Of a stretch of 64,000 nt of DNA, positions 39,675 through 53,526 are shown piece by piece. The stretch's first letter is position 1, and every line of letters begins with the position of its first letter. The position numbers were made by a program, and so were the translations under genes. The notes below the pieces were generated by a model. That model worked only from the letters and a program-made list of their open reading frames with translations, had not been told where the DNA came from and did no database searches. Origin of the DNA: Pseudomonadota bacterium (GTDB taxonomy: Bacteria; Pseudomonadota; Alphaproteobacteria; Sphingomonadales; Sphingomonadaceae); contig JAFAEZ010000023.1 of NCBI GenBank assembly GCA_023423775.1, positions 5,532-69,531 on the forward strand. Reading direction: 5' to 3'.

Positions 39675-40208
39675 TTACTTCTTCTTGCCTTCTTTGCGGA
39701 AGATGAACTCGCCGCGATACTTGATGCCCTTGCCCTTGTACGGCTCGGGCTTGCGCCAACGGCGGATCTCGGCGGCCAGCTGGCCGACCTTCTGGCGATC
39801 GATGCCGCTGATCTCGACCGTGGTCTGATCCGGGGTCTTCACCTCGAGGCCTTCCGGCACCGCGATGTTGACATCGTGGCTGTAGCCGAGCTGCAGGCGC
39901 AGGTTCTTGCCCTGGGCCGCGGCGCGGTAGCCGACGCCGGTGATCTCGAGGACCTTGCTGAAACCGTCAGTCACGCCGGTGACCAGGTTCTGCACCAGGG
40001 TGCGGTGCATGCCCCAGAAGGAGCGTGCGCGCTTGGTCTCGTTGGCGGGCTTCACCACGATGCGGCCGTCTTCGATGCCGTAGCTGATGTCGTCCAGCAT
40101 CGGCATCGAGAGGGTGCCCTTGGGCCCCTTCACCGACAGGATCGAGCCTTCGATCGTGGCCGTGACGTTGCTGGGCAGCGCGACGGGAACTTTACCAATG
40201 CGGCTCAT
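39675..40208 (-). CDS. rplF: 50S ribosomal protein L6
   Basis: [20 protein letters not shown]. Confidence 0.98.
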   Translation of the reverse strand: MSRIGKVPVALPSNVTATIEGSILSVKGPKGTLSMPMLDDISYGIEDGRIVVKPANETKRARSFWGMHRTLVQNLVTGVTDGFSKVLEITGVGYRAAAQGKNLRLQLGYSHDVNIAVPEGLEVKTPDQTTVEISGIDRQKVGQLAAEIRRWRKPEPYKGKGIKYRGEFIFRKEGKKK

Positions 40209-40603
40209 CAGAACACCTCCGCCAGCACTTCGCCGCCGACATTCTGGTCGCGCGCTTCCGCGTCGGACAGAACGCCCTTCGGCGTCGAAACGATGGTGAT
40301 GCCGAGGCCGTTGCGGACCCGGGGCAGCTCCTGGCTTCCCGAGTAGACGCGACGGCCGGGCTTCGAAATGCGCGACACGTGCTGGATCGCGGGCTGGCCC
40401 TCGAAATACTTCAGCTCGATGCGCAGGCCTTTGTGAGCGCCCAGCGCTTCCTCGCTATAGCCACGGATGTAGCCTTCGCGCTGGAGCACTTCGAGAACGC
40501 GCACGCGGAGCTTGGACGCGGGGGAAACCACGCTGTCCTTACGCGCCTGCTGGCCGTTGCGGATGCGGGTGAGCATATCACCCAGAGGATCGGTCAATGG
40601 CAT
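40208..40603 (-). CDS. rpsH: 30S ribosomal protein S8
   Basis: [26 protein letters not shown]. Confidence 0.98.
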   Translation of the reverse strand: MPLTDPLGDMLTRIRNGQQARKDSVVSPASKLRVRVLEVLQREGYIRGYSEEALGAHKGLRIELKYFEGQPAIQHVSRISKPGRRVYSGSQELPRVRNGLGITIVSTPKGVLSDAEARDQNVGGEVLAEVF

Positions 40604-40613
40604 CTTATATACC

Positions 40614-40919
40614 TTACCAGCTGGACTTCGTCAGACCGGGGATCAGGCCCTTGTTGCCCAGTTCCCGCAGCATGATTCGCGAAAGCCCGAATTTGCGATA
40701 GTTGGCGCGCGGACGGCCCGTGATCTGGCAACGGTTGCGGACCCGGGTGGGGTTCGCGTTGCGCGGGATCTCGGCCATCTTGAGACGCGCGATGAGGCGC
40801 TCGGTCTCGTCCTTGGACTCGTCGTCCGCAATCGCCTTCAGCTTCGCATACTGGCCGGCATATTTCTTCACCAGCTTCTTGCGACGCTCATTCTTGTTGA
40901 TCGAACTCAGTTTCGCCAT
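40614..40919 (-). CDS. rpsN: 30S ribosomal protein S14 (long, Zn-independent form)
   Basis: [22 protein letters not shown]. Confidence 0.97.
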   Translation of the reverse strand: MAKLSSINKNERRKKLVKKYAGQYAKLKAIADDESKDETERLIARLKMAEIPRNANPTRVRNRCQITGRPRANYRKFGLSRIMLRELGNKGLIPGLTKSSW

Positions 40920-40958
40920 GACTTAAGTTCTCTTCCTTCTCTAGTCCGAAGCGGGCGC

Positions 40959-41552
40959 TTACGCGGCCTGCTTCTGATCTTCTTCGGTGCGCGGGAACGG
41001 GAAGTTGAAGAGGCGCAGCAGCTCGCGCGCTTCCTCGTCCGTCTTCGCGGTGGTGGTGACGATGATGTCCATGCCGCGCACCTTGTCGATGCGGTCATAG
41101 CTGATCTCAGGGAAAATGATCTGTTCCTTGAGACCCATGGCATAGTTGCCACGGCCGTCGAACGACTTCGGGTTGAGGCCACGGAAGTCGCGAACGCGCG
41201 GCAGCGCGATCGTGATCAGACGGTCGAGAAACTCGTACATACGCTCGCGGCGCAGGGTCACCTTGACACCGATCGGCATGCCCTCACGCAGCTTGAACTG
41301 CGCGATCGACTTCTTCGCCTTGGTGACGACAGGCTTCTGGCCGGCGATCAGCTCCATTTCGGCAGCCGCGACGTCAACCTTCTTCTTGTCCTGGGTGGCC
41401 TCGCCAACGCCCATGTTGATGACGATCTTTTCGATCTTCGGAACCTCGAAGCGGTTCTTGTAGCCGAACTTCTCCGTCATCGCCTGGACGATGCGGTCGT
41501 CATAATCCTTCTTCAGGCGCGGCGTGTAGCCGTCCTTCTTGGCTTCAGCCAT
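40959..41552 (-). CDS. rplE: 50S ribosomal protein L5
   Basis: [24 protein letters not shown]. Confidence 0.97.
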   Translation of the reverse strand: MAEAKKDGYTPRLKKDYDDRIVQAMTEKFGYKNRFEVPKIEKIVINMGVGEATQDKKKVDVAAAEMELIAGQKPVVTKAKKSIAQFKLREGMPIGVKVTLRRERMYEFLDRLITIALPRVRDFRGLNPKSFDGRGNYAMGLKEQIIFPEISYDRIDKVRGMDIIVTTTAKTDEEARELLRLFNFPFPRTEEDQKQAA

Positions 41553-41865
41553 TGATCGTCTCCCCGGACCGCGCAGCGACGCGGACCTTGTTGCCGTCGC
41601 GCACTTCGAAGCGGACCCGGGTCGGCTTGCCGGTCTTCGGGTCTTCGAGCGCAACCTTGGATACGTGCAGCGGAGCCTCGGCGCGCTCGAGCCCGCCCTG
41701 CGGGTTCGCCTGCGTCGGCTTCTTGTGACGGGTGATGATGTTCACGCCCGACACGATCACCTTGCCGTCCTTCGGGAGCGACTTGGTGACTTCGCCATGC
41801 TTGCCCTTGTCCTTGCCGGACAGGATGACGACTTTGTCGCCCTTCTTGATCTTCGCAGCAGCCAT
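41545..41865 (-). CDS. rplX: 50S ribosomal protein L24
   Basis: [24 protein letters not shown]. Confidence 0.97.
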   Translation of the reverse strand: MAAAKIKKGDKVVILSGKDKGKHGEVTKSLPKDGKVIVSGVNIITRHKKPTQANPQGGLERAEAPLHVSKVALEDPKTGKPTRVRFEVRDGNKVRVAARSGETING

Positions 41866-41869
41866 GATC

Positions 41870-42238
41870 TTACAAAACCTCCGGCGCGAGCGAGATGATC
41901 TTCATGTGCTTCTTCGCGCGCAATTCGCGGACGACCGGGCCGAAGATACGGGTGCCGATCGGCTCCTGATTGTTGTTGACGAGCACCGCCGCGTTGGAAT
42001 CGAACCGGATGGTCGAACCGTCGGCGCGGTGAATGTCCTTTGCCGTACGCACGATGACGGCCTTGTGAACGTCACCCTTCTTCACGCGGCCGCGCGGGGC
42101 CGCTTCCTTGACGGAGACGACGATGATGTCGCCCACGCCGGCAAAGCGGCGCTTCGAACCGCCGAGCACCTTGATGCACTGGACGCGCTTGGCGCCGGAA
42201 TTGTCGGCGACATCAAGGTTTGACTGCATCTGGATCAT
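41870..42238 (-). CDS. rplN: 50S ribosomal protein L14
   Basis: [23 protein letters not shown]. Confidence 0.98.
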   Translation of the reverse strand: MIQMQSNLDVADNSGAKRVQCIKVLGGSKRRFAGVGDIIVVSVKEAAPRGRVKKGDVHKAVIVRTAKDIHRADGSTIRFDSNAAVLVNNNQEPIGTRIFGPVVRELRAKKHMKIISLAPEVL

Positions 42239-42294
42239 CGATCCATTCCTTCTCTCACTTCAACCGGGACCAGCCCGGCGATCAGCTTCAAATA

Positions 42295-42564
42295 TTAGGC
42301 GACGTCAGCCTTGGCCGGGGTGGCGTGCGTGTCGACACGCTCGATCACCTTCCAGGTCTTCAGCTTGGAGATCGGCCGCGTCTCTTCGATGCGGACGGTC
42401 TCGCCCTCGTGATACTCATTGCCCTCGTCATGGGCATGGTACTTCTTCGACCGCTTGATGATCTTGCCGTACAGCGGGTGCTTCACCCGCCGTTCGACCT
42501 TCACCACGACAGTCTTGTCGGTCTTATCGGAAACGATCGTCCCGGTCAGAATGCGCTTCGGCAT
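42295..42564 (-). CDS. rpsQ: 30S ribosomal protein S17
   Basis: [23 protein letters not shown]. Confidence 0.97.
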   Translation of the reverse strand: MPKRILTGTIVSDKTDKTVVVKVERRVKHPLYGKIIKRSKKYHAHDEGNEYHEGETVRIEETRPISKLKTWKVIERVDTHATPAKADVA

Positions 42565-42573
42565 GGTAACTCC

Positions 42574-42783
42574 TTAGGCCTTGGCCTGAGCGGCACGCAC
42601 GCGCTCGCTCTGCAGCGTCTTGATCCGCGCGATATCGCGGCGGACCTCGCGGACACGGGACGGCTTCTCGAGCTGGTTGGTGGCGGCCTGGAAGCGGAGG
42701 TTGAAGGCCTCGCGCTTCAGTTCGCCCAGCTGCTCCTGAAGCTGGTCGTCGGTCCTGGTCTTGAGATCGTCGATCTTGGCCAT
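42574..42783 (-). CDS. rpmC: 50S ribosomal protein L29
   Basis: [16 protein letters not shown]. Confidence 0.96.
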   Translation of the reverse strand: MAKIDDLKTRTDDQLQEQLGELKREAFNLRFQAATNQLEKPSRVREVRRDIARIKTLQSERVRAAQAKA

Positions 42784-42786
42784 CTC

Positions 42787-43218
42787 TTAAGCTTCCTCGA
42801 TCACCGATTCACCGAGGCGGGCGACCACCTTCGTCTTGATCGGCAGTTTTTCCATGGCGCGCTCGAAAGCCACGCGGGCGAGCGGACCGGGGACGCCGTC
42901 CAGCTCGAACAGGATGCGGCCGGGCTTGACGCGCGCCGCCCAATATTCGTTCGAGCCCTTACCCTTGCCCTGGCGGACTTCGGCCGGCTTCTTCGAGACC
43001 GGCACGTCCGGGAACACGCGGATCCAGAGACGGCCCTGGCGGCGGATATGGCGGGTGATCGCGCGGCGCGCCGCCTCGATCTGGCGAGCGGTGATACGCT
43101 CCGGCTCCATCGCCTTCAGGCCGAACGCACCGAAATTCAGCTCGGTGCCGCCCTTGGCATTGCCGTGAATGCGGCCCTTGAAGGCCTTGCGGAACTTAGT
43201 CCGTTTGGGTTGCAGCAT
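42787..43218 (-). CDS. rplP: 50S ribosomal protein L16
   Basis: [32 protein letters not shown]. Confidence 0.98.
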   Translation of the reverse strand: MLQPKRTKFRKAFKGRIHGNAKGGTELNFGAFGLKAMEPERITARQIEAARRAITRHIRRQGRLWIRVFPDVPVSKKPAEVRQGKGKGSNEYWAARVKPGRILFELDGVPGPLARVAFERAMEKLPIKTKVVARLGESVIEEA

Positions 43219-43282
43219 CTTCTATTCGCTTTCTGACACCGATTGTCGGTCGATCAAGCGACGCTGCTAAGGGAGAACTCCC

Positions 43283-43978
43283 TTAGCGCGCCGGCCGAAC
43301 CCCCGAGGTTTGCGCTTCCATCATGAGCCGGTCCTGAGCCATCGGATCGTGGCCCAGGATCTCACCCTTGAAGATCCAGACTTTGACGCCGCACACGCCG
43401 TAAGCGGTGTGGGCCTGCGCCTCAGCATAATCGACGTTGCCGCGCAAGGTGTGCAGCGGAACCCGGCCCTCGCGATACCATTCGGTACGCGCGATCTCGG
43501 CGCCGCCGAGACGGCCGCCGCAGGTGATCCGGATGCCCTCTGCGCCGAGACGCAGGGCCGACTGCACCGCGCGCTTCATGGCACGACGGAAAGCGATACG
43601 ACGCTCGAGCTGGTCGGCAACGCCCTGGGCGACGAGCTTGGCGTCGATCTCGGGCTTGCGGATCTCGACGATGTTCAGCGACACGTCGCTGGAGGTCATC
43701 GCGCCGAGCTGCTTGCGCAGCTTTTCGATGTCGGCGCCCTTCTTGCCGATGATCACGCCCGGACGCGCGGCATAGATGCTGACGCGGCAAAGCTTGGCGG
43801 GGCGCTCGATCACGACCTTCGAGATCGCGGCCTGCGGCAGCGTCTTCAGGACGAACTCGCGGATCTTCAGATCCTCGACCAGGAGACGGCTATAGTCGGC
43901 GCCTTCAGCGTACCAACGGCTGTCCCAGGTCCGGTTGATCTGCAGGCGCAGACCGATAGGATTGCTCTTCTGACCCAT
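43283..43978 (-). CDS. rpsC: 30S ribosomal protein S3
   Basis: [31 protein letters not shown]. Confidence 0.98.
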   Translation of the reverse strand: MGQKSNPIGLRLQINRTWDSRWYAEGADYSRLLVEDLKIREFVLKTLPQAAISKVVIERPAKLCRVSIYAARPGVIIGKKGADIEKLRKQLGAMTSSDVSLNIVEIRKPEIDAKLVAQGVADQLERRIAFRRAMKRAVQSALRLGAEGIRITCGGRLGGAEIARTEWYREGRVPLHTLRGNVDYAEAQAHTAYGVCGVKVWIFKGEILGHDPMAQDRLMMEAQTSGVRPAR

Positions 43979-44358
43979 TATTCTGCTTCCTGCTGCTCGC
44001 GGACGACGATGCGCACGCGGCTGAACGGCTTGACGATCCGGCTCGAACGGCCGCGCGCACGCGCCGTCCAACGCTTCATCGAGATGCTCTTGCCCACCGA
44101 AGCCTCGGCGACGACGAGGCTGTCGACATCCAGATTGTGATTGTTCTCGGCATTGGCAATGGCCGAAGCCAGAACCTTGCGCACGTCAACCGCCATCGCC
44201 TTGGGCGAGAACTGGAGGATGTTGAGCGCGTCCTCGGCCTTCCGACCGCGGATCAGCGCCGCCACCAGGTTCAGCTTCTGGGCCGAACCGCGGATCTGCG
44301 TGCCGACCGACAGCGCCTCGTTGTCCGCAACCTTGCGGGGGCTCTTCTGCTTGCCCAT
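43978..44358 (-). CDS. rplV: 50S ribosomal protein L22
   Basis: [27 protein letters not shown]. Confidence 0.97.
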   Translation of the reverse strand: MGKQKSPRKVADNEALSVGTQIRGSAQKLNLVAALIRGRKAEDALNILQFSPKAMAVDVRKVLASAIANAENNHNLDVDSLVVAEASVGKSISMKRWTARARGRSSRIVKPFSRVRIVVREQQEAE

Positions 44359-44361
44359 GGC

Positions 44362-44637
44362 TTACCTCTTGCCCTTCTTGTCGGCAGCGTGGCCCGGGAA
44401 GAAGCGGGTCGGAGCGAACTCGCCCAGCTTCATGCCGACCATCTCTTCGCTCACCGAAACGGGAACGAATTTGCGGCCATTGTAGACGTTGAACGTGAGC
44501 CCGACGAACTGCGGAAGAATGGTGGAGCGACGCGACCAGGTCTTGATCGGAGCGCGGCCACCGGCCTCCTGCGCCGTCTCTGCCTTCTTCAGCAGCGACA
44601 GCTCGACGAACGGACCTTTCCAGATGGAGCGGGCCAT
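44362..44637 (-). CDS. rpsS: 30S ribosomal protein S19
   Basis: [24 protein letters not shown]. Confidence 0.98.
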   Translation of the reverse strand: MARSIWKGPFVELSLLKKAETAQEAGGRAPIKTWSRRSTILPQFVGLTFNVYNGRKFVPVSVSEEMVGMKLGEFAPTRFFPGHAADKKGKR

Positions 44638-44640
44638 TAC

Positions 44641-45477
44641 TTACCTCTTCTTCTTCGCGTGACGCGAACGGATGATCATCTTGTCCGTCGCCTTGTTCGA
44701 ACGGGTGCGGGCGCCCTTGGTCGGCTTGCCCCACGGGGTGACCGGATGACGGCCGCCCGAGGTGCGGCCTTCACCACCGCCGTGCGGGTGATCGACCGGG
44801 TTCTTGGCGACGCCGCGGGTCAGCGGACGACGGCCCATCCAGCGGGTGCGGCCGGCCTTGGCGAAATTCTGGTTCTGGTTATCGGGGTTCGAGACCGCGC
44901 CAACCGTGCCCATGCAATCCGCCCGCAGGTAACGCTGCTCGCCCGAGTTCAGGCGAACGATGACCATGCCGCGGTCACGACCGACGACCTGGACATAGGT
45001 GCCGGCGGAACGGGCGATCTGACCGCCCTTGCCCGGCTTCATCTCCACATTGTGGACGATGGTGCCGACCGGCATCTGGCCCAGCTCCATGGCGTTGCCC
45101 GGCTTCACGTCGGTCTTCTTGCCGGCGACGATCGTGTCGCCGACGCCGAGGCGCTGCGGAGCGATGATGTAGGCAAGCTCGCCGTCCTCATACTTCACCA
45201 GCGCGATGAACGCGGTGCGGTTCGGGTCATATTCGAGCCGCTCGACGGTGGCCGGCATGTCCCACTTGCGACGCTTGAAGTCGATGTAGCGGTAACGCTG
45301 CTTGTGACCGCCGGCGATGCCGCGCGAGGTCACATGGCCCTGGTTGTTGCGGCCACCGGTCTTGCGCTTGCCTTCGGTCAGCGCCTTGACCGGCTTGCCC
45401 TTCCAGAGCGCCGACTTGTCGACCAGGATCAGGCCGCGCTGCGACGAGGTGGTCGGATTATAGGATTTGAGTGCCAT
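44641..45477 (-). CDS. rplB: 50S ribosomal protein L2
   Basis: [20 protein letters not shown]. Confidence 0.98.
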   Translation of the reverse strand: MALKSYNPTTSSQRGLILVDKSALWKGKPVKALTEGKRKTGGRNNQGHVTSRGIAGGHKQRYRYIDFKRRKWDMPATVERLEYDPNRTAFIALVKYEDGELAYIIAPQRLGVGDTIVAGKKTDVKPGNAMELGQMPVGTIVHNVEMKPGKGGQIARSAGTYVQVVGRDRGMVIVRLNSGEQRYLRADCMGTVGAVSNPDNQNQNFAKAGRTRWMGRRPLTRGVAKNPVDHPHGGGEGRTSGGRHPVTPWGKPTKGARTRSNKATDKMIIRSRHAKKKR

Positions 45478-45489
45478 CTCTTACGCGCC

Positions 45490-45807
45490 TCAGATACCGG
45501 TGGTGACGTCGATCGACTGGCCTTCGGCCAGCGTCACGATCGCCTTCTTGACGTCGGAGCGCGTGTAGGGACGACCCTTCCACAGCTTCCGCTTGCCCTT
45601 CTGGGTCAGCGTATTCACGCCCGTCACGTTGACGTTGAACAGAGCCTCGACGGCCGCCTTGATCTGCGGCTTCGTGGCATCGTTCGCGACCTTGAACACG
45701 ACCGCATTCTGCTCGGAGAGCAAGGTCGTCTTCTCGGTGATGTGCGGGGCGAGAACGACATCATAATGATTGATGTCGACCGCCGTCTTGGCAGGCTTCT
45801 TAGCCAT
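45490..45807 (-). CDS. rplW: 50S ribosomal protein L23
   Basis: [24 protein letters not shown]. Confidence 0.97.
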   Translation of the reverse strand: MAKKPAKTAVDINHYDVVLAPHITEKTTLLSEQNAVVFKVANDATKPQIKAAVEALFNVNVTGVNTLTQKGKRKLWKGRPYTRSDVKKAIVTLAEGQSIDVTTGI

Positions 45808-46423
45808 TGAAACGCGCCTCCAGCTTCTCGACCGCGGCGCGCGTCAGCACCAGAGTCTCATGCTTCAGAATATCGTAGACGTTCGCGCCGACCGCCGGGA
45901 GCAGGTTCACCTGGTGGAGGTTGGACGAAGCCATTGCGAAGCCGACGTTGAGCGCGTCGCCGTCAATAACCAGCGTCTTGCCGAAACCCAGCTTGGTGAG
46001 CTTCTCGGCCAGGACCTTGGTCTTGGCCTCGCCGACGTCCAGGCTGTCCATGACGACCAGCTTGCCGTCGCGGGCCTTGGACGAGAGCGCCATCTTCAGG
46101 CCGAGCGCACGAACCTTCTTGTTCAGCGACGGATTGAAATCGCGAACGCGGGGACCGTGGGCCTTGCCGCCGCCGATGAAGATCGGGGCGCGGCGATCGC
46201 CGTGACGAGCCGTACCGCCGCCCTTCTGGCGACCGAACTTCTTGCCCGTGCGGGCGACATCGGAACGCTCGCGGGCGGCGCGGGCAGTGCCGCGGCGCTT
46301 CTCGAGCTGCCAGGTGACGACGCGATGCAGGATATCGGCGCGCGGCTCGACGGCGAAGACTTCGTCGTTGAGCTCGATGTCGCCGCTGGCCTTGGCGTCG
46401 AGGGTTTGAACCTTGACCTTCAT
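45800..46423 (-). CDS. rplD: 50S ribosomal protein L4
   Basis: [25 protein letters not shown]. Confidence 0.97.
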   Translation of the reverse strand: MKVKVQTLDAKASGDIELNDEVFAVEPRADILHRVVTWQLEKRRGTARAARERSDVARTGKKFGRQKGGGTARHGDRRAPIFIGGGKAHGPRVRDFNPSLNKKVRALGLKMALSSKARDGKLVVMDSLDVGEAKTKVLAEKLTKLGFGKTLVIDGDALNVGFAMASSNLHQVNLLPAVGANVYDILKHETLVLTRAAVEKLEARFNG

Positions 46424-46426
46424 TGC

Positions 46427-47182
46427 TTAGCCTTCCTGGCCTTCGGTCGCTGCCACCGGTGCCTCGGCCTCGGCCGGGGTTTCAGCGGGAGCGTTGTTGT
46501 TGCTGGCAGCCTGCTTCAGGCCGGCCGGATAGGGAACGTCGGCCGGGCGAGCGACCTTGACGGCGTCCTTGACGATCAGCCAGCCGCCCTTGTGACCGGG
46601 CACGGAGCCCTTCACGAAGATCAGACCGCGCTCGACGTCGGTGCGAACGACTTCGAGATTCTGCTGCGTGCGGTTCTTGGCGCCCATGTGGCCGGCCATC
46701 TTCTTGTTCTTGAAGACGCGGCCCGGGTCCTGACGCTGACCGGTCGAACCGTGCGCACGGTGCGAGACCGAGACGCCGTGGGTGGCGCGCATGCCGCCGA
46801 AGCCCCAGCGCTTCATGGCGCCGGCAAAGCCCTTGCCCTGCGTAACGCCCTGGATGTCGACCAGCTGGCCGGCAATGAAATGGTCGGCCGAGATCTCGGC
46901 GCCGACGTCGAGGAGCGCATCCTCGGCGACACGGAACTCGACGACGCGAGCCTTCGGCTCCACCTCGGCCTTGCCGAAATGGCCGCGCTCCGGCTTGGAC
47001 AGGTTCTTCGCCTTCGCCGAACCGGCGCCGAGCTGAACCGCCACATAGCCGTCACGCTCGACTTCGCGGCGCGCGACGACCTGAAGGTTGTCGAGAGACA
47101 GGACGGTAACCGGCACGTGGCGGCCGTCATCCTGGAATATGCGGGTCATCCCCAATTTCTTCGCGATCACGCCAGTGCGCAT
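46427..47182 (-). CDS. rplC: 50S ribosomal protein L3
   Basis: [39 protein letters not shown]. Confidence 0.98.
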   Translation of the reverse strand: MRTGVIAKKLGMTRIFQDDGRHVPVTVLSLDNLQVVARREVERDGYVAVQLGAGSAKAKNLSKPERGHFGKAEVEPKARVVEFRVAEDALLDVGAEISADHFIAGQLVDIQGVTQGKGFAGAMKRWGFGGMRATHGVSVSHRAHGSTGQRQDPGRVFKNKKMAGHMGAKNRTQQNLEVVRTDVERGLIFVKGSVPGHKGGWLIVKDAVKVARPADVPYPAGLKQAASNNNAPAETPAEAEAPVAATEGQEG

Positions 47183-47203
47183 GACCAAACTCCTTACACA
47201 GAG

Positions 47204-47370
47204 GCCCGCGGAACCATTTCCGCGGGCGTGCTAGCCCAATAAAGATGCGTGCCCCGCTTGGGCTATTCCCGCCAAAGATCCCGTCGCGTCATTGCGAAGG
47301 AAACCCACTCGCGGGATGCGGGGGACGCAGACCACGGATAAATCCGTGCGGTATCCCGAATCCTTGCGTC
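47204..47370 (-). other. Structured rpsJ-rplC intergenic RNA (candidate ribosomal leader)
   Basis: Four consecutive stems, including GCCCGCGGAA/TTCCGCGGGC (47204-47227) and TAGCCCAA/TTGGGCTA (47232-47265). Confidence 0.45.
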
Positions 47371-47399
47371 AGCCCTCAGGGGCGACGCGCGCTCGCCTC

Positions 47400-47711
<312 letters not shown>

Positions 47712-47859
47712 GTCCATACCGATGCGAAAGAGCCAACCCTCGAAACGAGGGCCATCAAACAAGGCTTACCGGAGCCGCGGGGCCCCGGTTCGGCCAAAAA
47801 CTTTTACTAAAAGGCGAGCCGCCCGAATCTATCCGATCCGGGCGGCTGACGGCCCTATA

Positions 47860-49050
47860 TTACTTCGAGATCGTTCCGACAACCCCTGCGCCGACGGTAC
47901 GGCCGCCTTCGCGGATCGCGAAGCGCAGGCCCTGGTCCATGGCGATCGGGGCGATCAGCTTCACGCCGAGCGTGACGTTGTCGCCGGGCATGACCATCTC
48001 GGTGCCTTCCGGAAGAACCACTTCGCCCGTCACGTCGGTCGTGCGGAAGTAGAACTGCGGACGGTAGTTGGCGAAGAACGGCGTGTGACGGCCGCCCTCG
48101 TCCTTCGAAAGGACATAGACCTCAGCCGAGAAGTCGGTGTGCGGGGTGATCGAGCCCGGCTTGGCCAGAACCTGACCACGCTCGACTTCCTCACGGCCAA
48201 CGCCGCGGATCAGCGCGCCGATGTTGTCGCCGGCCTGGCCCTGGTCGAGCAGCTTGCGGAACATTTCGACGCCGGTCACGACGGTCTTCTTGGTGTCCTT
48301 GATGCCGACGATCTCGACTTCCTCGCCAACCTTGACGATGCCGGTCTCGACGCGGCCGGTCACGACGGTGCCGCGGCCCGAGATCGAGAACACGTCTTCG
48401 ATCGGCATCAGGAACGCCTTGTCGAGCGGACGCTCCGGCTGCGGGATGTACTCGTCGACGGCCTTCATCAGCTCCAGAACGGCGTCACGGCCGATCTTGG
48501 TGTTGCTGTCCTCGAGGGCGGCGAGAGCCGAACCCTTGATGACGGGGATGTCGTCGCCCGGGAAGTCGTACGACGAGAGCAGCTCGCGGATTTCGAGCTC
48601 GACGAGCTCCAGGAGCTCCTCGTCGTCGACCTGGTCGACCTTGTTCATGAACACGACGAGCGCCGGAACGCCGACCTGACGAGCGAGCAGGATGTGCTCG
48701 CGGGTCTGCGGCATCGGGCCGTCGGCGGCCGAAACCACCAGGATGCCGCCGTCCATCTGCGCGGCGCCGGTGATCATGTTCTTCACATAGTCGGCGTGGC
48801 CCGGGCAATCGACGTGCGCATAGTGGCGTGCTTCGGTCTCATACTCGACGTGGCTGGTCGAGATGGTGATGCCGCGCTCGCGCTCTTCCGGCGCCTTGTC
48901 GATGTTGTCGTAGCTGGTGAACGTCGCGCCGCCGGTCTCGGCGAGCACCTTCGTGATCGCTGCCGTCAGCGAGGTCTTGCCGTGATCGACGTGACCGATG
49001 GTGCCGATGTTGCAGTGCGGCTTCGTCCGCTCAAACTTAGCTTTCGCCAT
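47860..49050 (-). CDS. tuf: Elongation factor Tu
   Basis: [28 protein letters not shown]. Confidence 0.99.
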   Translation of the reverse strand: MAKAKFERTKPHCNIGTIGHVDHGKTSLTAAITKVLAETGGATFTSYDNIDKAPEERERGITISTSHVEYETEARHYAHVDCPGHADYVKNMITGAAQMDGGILVVSAADGPMPQTREHILLARQVGVPALVVFMNKVDQVDDEELLELVELEIRELLSSYDFPGDDIPVIKGSALAALEDSNTKIGRDAVLELMKAVDEYIPQPERPLDKAFLMPIEDVFSISGRGTVVTGRVETGIVKVGEEVEIVGIKDTKKTVVTGVEMFRKLLDQGQAGDNIGALIRGVGREEVERGQVLAKPGSITPHTDFSAEVYVLSKDEGGRHTPFFANYRPQFYFRTTDVTGEVVLPEGTEMVMPGDNVTLGVKLIAPIAMDQGLRFAIREGGRTVGAGVVGTISK

Positions 49051-49095
49051 TGTGGATTACCCTCGTCTTTCTTGACCTAATGAAACCTCACCCGC

Positions 49096-51189
<2,094 letters not shown>

Positions 51190-51246
51190 GATCTTAACTC
51201 CGATGTGGGGGGTTCGGGCCGGGCCCGTCCCCCACGATATAGGGAT

Positions 51247-51717
51247 TTACCAGCGGTAGTGCGAGAAGGCGCGGTTGGCTTCGGCCATACGGTGCGTATC
51301 TTCGCGCTTCTTGACGGCGTTGCCGCGATTGTTCGCGGCATCCATCAGCTCGCCCGAGAGACGAGCCGCCATGGTGTTCTCCGAACGCGCACGGGCGGCG
51401 GAGATCAGCCAGCGGATCGCAAGCGCCTGAGCGCGCTCCGGACGGACTTCGACGGGAACCTGGTAGGTCGCACCGCCGACGCGGCGGCTGCGGACCTCGA
51501 TGCCCGGCTTGATGTTGTTGAGCGCATCATGGAACACGCCGAGCGGCTCGCGCTTGGCACGCGCCTCGACCGTGTCGAGGGCGCCGTAGACGATGCCTTC
51601 GGCAGTCGACTTCTTGCCGTCGAGCATGACGCTGTTCATGAACTTAGAAAGGACCAGATCGCCAAATTTGGGATCGGGAAGGATTTCGCGCTTTTCGGGG
51701 CGACGACGACGAGACAT
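51247..51717 (-). CDS. rpsG: 30S ribosomal protein S7
   Basis: [24 protein letters not shown]. Confidence 0.98.
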   Translation of the reverse strand: MSRRRRPEKREILPDPKFGDLVLSKFMNSVMLDGKKSTAEGIVYGALDTVEARAKREPLGVFHDALNNIKPGIEVRSRRVGGATYQVPVEVRPERAQALAIRWLISAARARSENTMAARLSGELMDAANNRGNAVKKREDTHRMAEANRAFSHYRW

Positions 51718-51729
51718 CTCTAAATTCCC

Positions 51730-52101
51730 TTACTTCGGACGCTTGGCGCCGTACTTCGAACGGCTCTGGCGACGGTCCTTAACACCCTGGGTGTCGAGCA
51801 CGCCGCGCAGCACGTGGTAGCGCACGCCCGGAAGGTCGCGCACACGGCCGCCACGGATCAGGACGACGCTATGCTCCTGAAGGTTGTGGCCTTCACCGGG
51901 AATGTAGCTGATCACTTCGCGCTGGTTGGTCAGGCGGACCTTGGCAACCTTGCGGAGCGCCGAGTTCGGCTTCTTCGGGGTCGTCGTATAGACGCGAGTG
52001 CAGACGCCGCGCTTCTGCGGGTTCGCCTCCATCGCGGGAACTTTCGAGCGCTCTTTCTGCGGCTCGCGACCCTTACGGATCAGCTGGTTAATCGTCGGCA
52101 T
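51730..52101 (-). CDS. rpsL: 30S ribosomal protein S12 (Arg88 allele)
   Basis: [26 protein letters not shown]. Confidence 0.98.
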   Translation of the reverse strand: MPTINQLIRKGREPQKERSKVPAMEANPQKRGVCTRVYTTTPKKPNSALRKVAKVRLTNQREVISYIPGEGHNLQEHSVVLIRGGRVRDLPGVRYHVLRGVLDTQGVKDRRQSRSKYGAKRPK

Positions 52102-52273
52102 GAAGCCCTTCACCTTTAAGTTACTTTACTGCAACGCAAAATGCACAAATGCCCCGGCGGCCAAAATGGCCCCCCAGGCCTTTGCGAACGCGCAGCAATG
52201 TTCAAGCTCTTGCACCGTCACAAGCAGCGTCTGGCTCTGTTGAGGAACCACCACCAGCCCCGGGCAGGGGCGG

Positions 52274-52302
52274 CCTATAGCGGCCGAGTCTCTTGCGGTC
52301 AA
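52274..52302 (-). promoter_or_regulatory. sigma70 promoter of the str operon
   Basis: Minus strand TTGACC-N17-TATAGG. Confidence 0.7.
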
Positions 52303-52327
52303 CGGGGGAAGTCGTGGTGGGACGGGC

Positions 52328-52663
52328 TCATTTCAAGGGATCGTGGCCCCAGTTCATCAGGGCATATCGCCAGCGCGACGTGACCATGTTTGCGGGCTCC
52401 TGCGCCCGGTGTCGGCGGACGAATCCGACGACCTTTTGCATGTGGCGGAGATCGTCCTCATCGAGCCCCTTCCCCTCCACGCGCAGAATGGCGACGATCC
52501 GCCGGCCCGATGCATGGCCGATGGATTCGCCATCATCCTTCTTCTGCCCGACGGCGCGGCTCTCCGGCGTCGCCAGCCAGGCCTCAAGCTCGTCGGCAGA
52601 CATGTTCACGGCCTCGCGGAAATCGCCGACGACCTTCGCGACATCCAACGACGGCCGCTTCAT
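52328..52663 (-). CDS. DUF3140-like small protein
   Basis: AVNMSADELEAWL, ESIGHASGRRIV, HMQKVVGFVRRH, RYALMNWGHDP. Confidence 0.8.
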   Translation of the reverse strand: MKRPSLDVAKVVGDFREAVNMSADELEAWLATPESRAVGQKKDDGESIGHASGRRIVAILRVEGKGLDEDDLRHMQKVVGFVRRHRAQEPANMVTSRWRYALMNWGHDPLK

Positions 52664-53061
52664 TCGGTCGTCTTGCCGTCCCACTCGTCATTATCGTGGT
52701 CGCGCTCAGCCTGCTCCTTGTCCTTGTGGACGACGCCATCCTTATGCTCGGGCGGGCCATAGATGGTGTAGAGGCGCAGCGGCGCGTCGCTGTCATTGAC
52801 GACATTGTGGCGGGCGCCGGCCGGCACGATCACCGCAAAATCGTCCTCCACCTTATGGCCGGCACCGTCGATATAGATCGTGCCGCGTCCCTCCTCGATG
52901 CGGAAGAACTGATCGCGATCCTCGTGCACCTCCTCGCCGATGTCGCAGCCGGCGGGAAGCGTCATCAGGACCAGCTGGAGATTCTTGCCGGTATAGAGGA
53001 CGCGGCGGAAATCCTCGTTCGCCACCGTCACCTGCTCGATATTGTCGACATAGCCCTTCAT
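52660..53061 (-). CDS. Cupin domain protein
   Basis: NEDFRRVLYT, IGEEVH..DQFFRIEEG, VPAGARHNV, YGPPEH. Confidence 0.9.
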   Translation of the reverse strand: MKGYVDNIEQVTVANEDFRRVLYTGKNLQLVLMTLPAGCDIGEEVHEDRDQFFRIEEGRGTIYIDGAGHKVEDDFAVIVPAGARHNVVNDSDAPLRLYTIYGPPEHKDGVVHKDKEQAERDHDNDEWDGKTTE

Positions 53062-53092
53062 GAAAATGCTCCCGATGCTGCTCGATCCCTCC

Positions 53093-53118
53093 AACCCGGC
53101 GAGCCGGGTCTACGTTCC
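53093..53118 (-). promoter_or_regulatory. Putative EcfG-type promoter for cupin-DUF3140
   Basis: Minus strand GGAAC-N17-GGTT. Confidence 0.55.
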
Positions 53119-53225
53119 ATGATCCTCTCTTCCCACTCCGATCGTTAGCGCCTCCATTGCTCGATCCGCGATGCTCCCCTACATGGCGAGGCTCATGGGA
53201 GCCTTGTGCTCGCGGGGAGACTTTA

Positions 53226-53519
53226 ATGCTGCTTGCCCTTTTCGGCGTCATCGACCTGCTGCTGCGGGTTCTGAGCTATATCATCATTGCCCAGGCCATC
53301 ATCAGCTGGCTCGTCGCCTTCAATGTGATCAACACGACCAACGACTTCGTCCGTTCCTTTCTCTACGCGCTCGACCGCATCACCGAGCCGCTCTATCGCC
53401 CCATTCGCCGCGTCCTGCCCGACTTTGGCGGCATCGATTTCTCGCCGCTCGTCGTGCTTCTGCTGATCGTGGTGGTGCGGATGCTGCTCAGCGGCCTCGC
53501 CGTGGATATCGCTTACTAG
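53226..53519 (+). CDS. yggT: YggT family membrane protein
   Basis: [32 protein letters not shown]. Confidence 0.9.
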   Translation: MLLALFGVIDLLLRVLSYIIIAQAIISWLVAFNVINTTNDFVRSFLYALDRITEPLYRPIRRVLPDFGGIDFSPLVVLLLIVVVRMLLSGLAVDIAY

Positions 53520-53526
53520 GATCGCA

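Noticed and set aside
40614..40919. Zn-free S14 as a Zur-regulated paralog
   Set aside because: It is the operon-resident copy; the long Zn-independent S14 is the normal proteobacterial form
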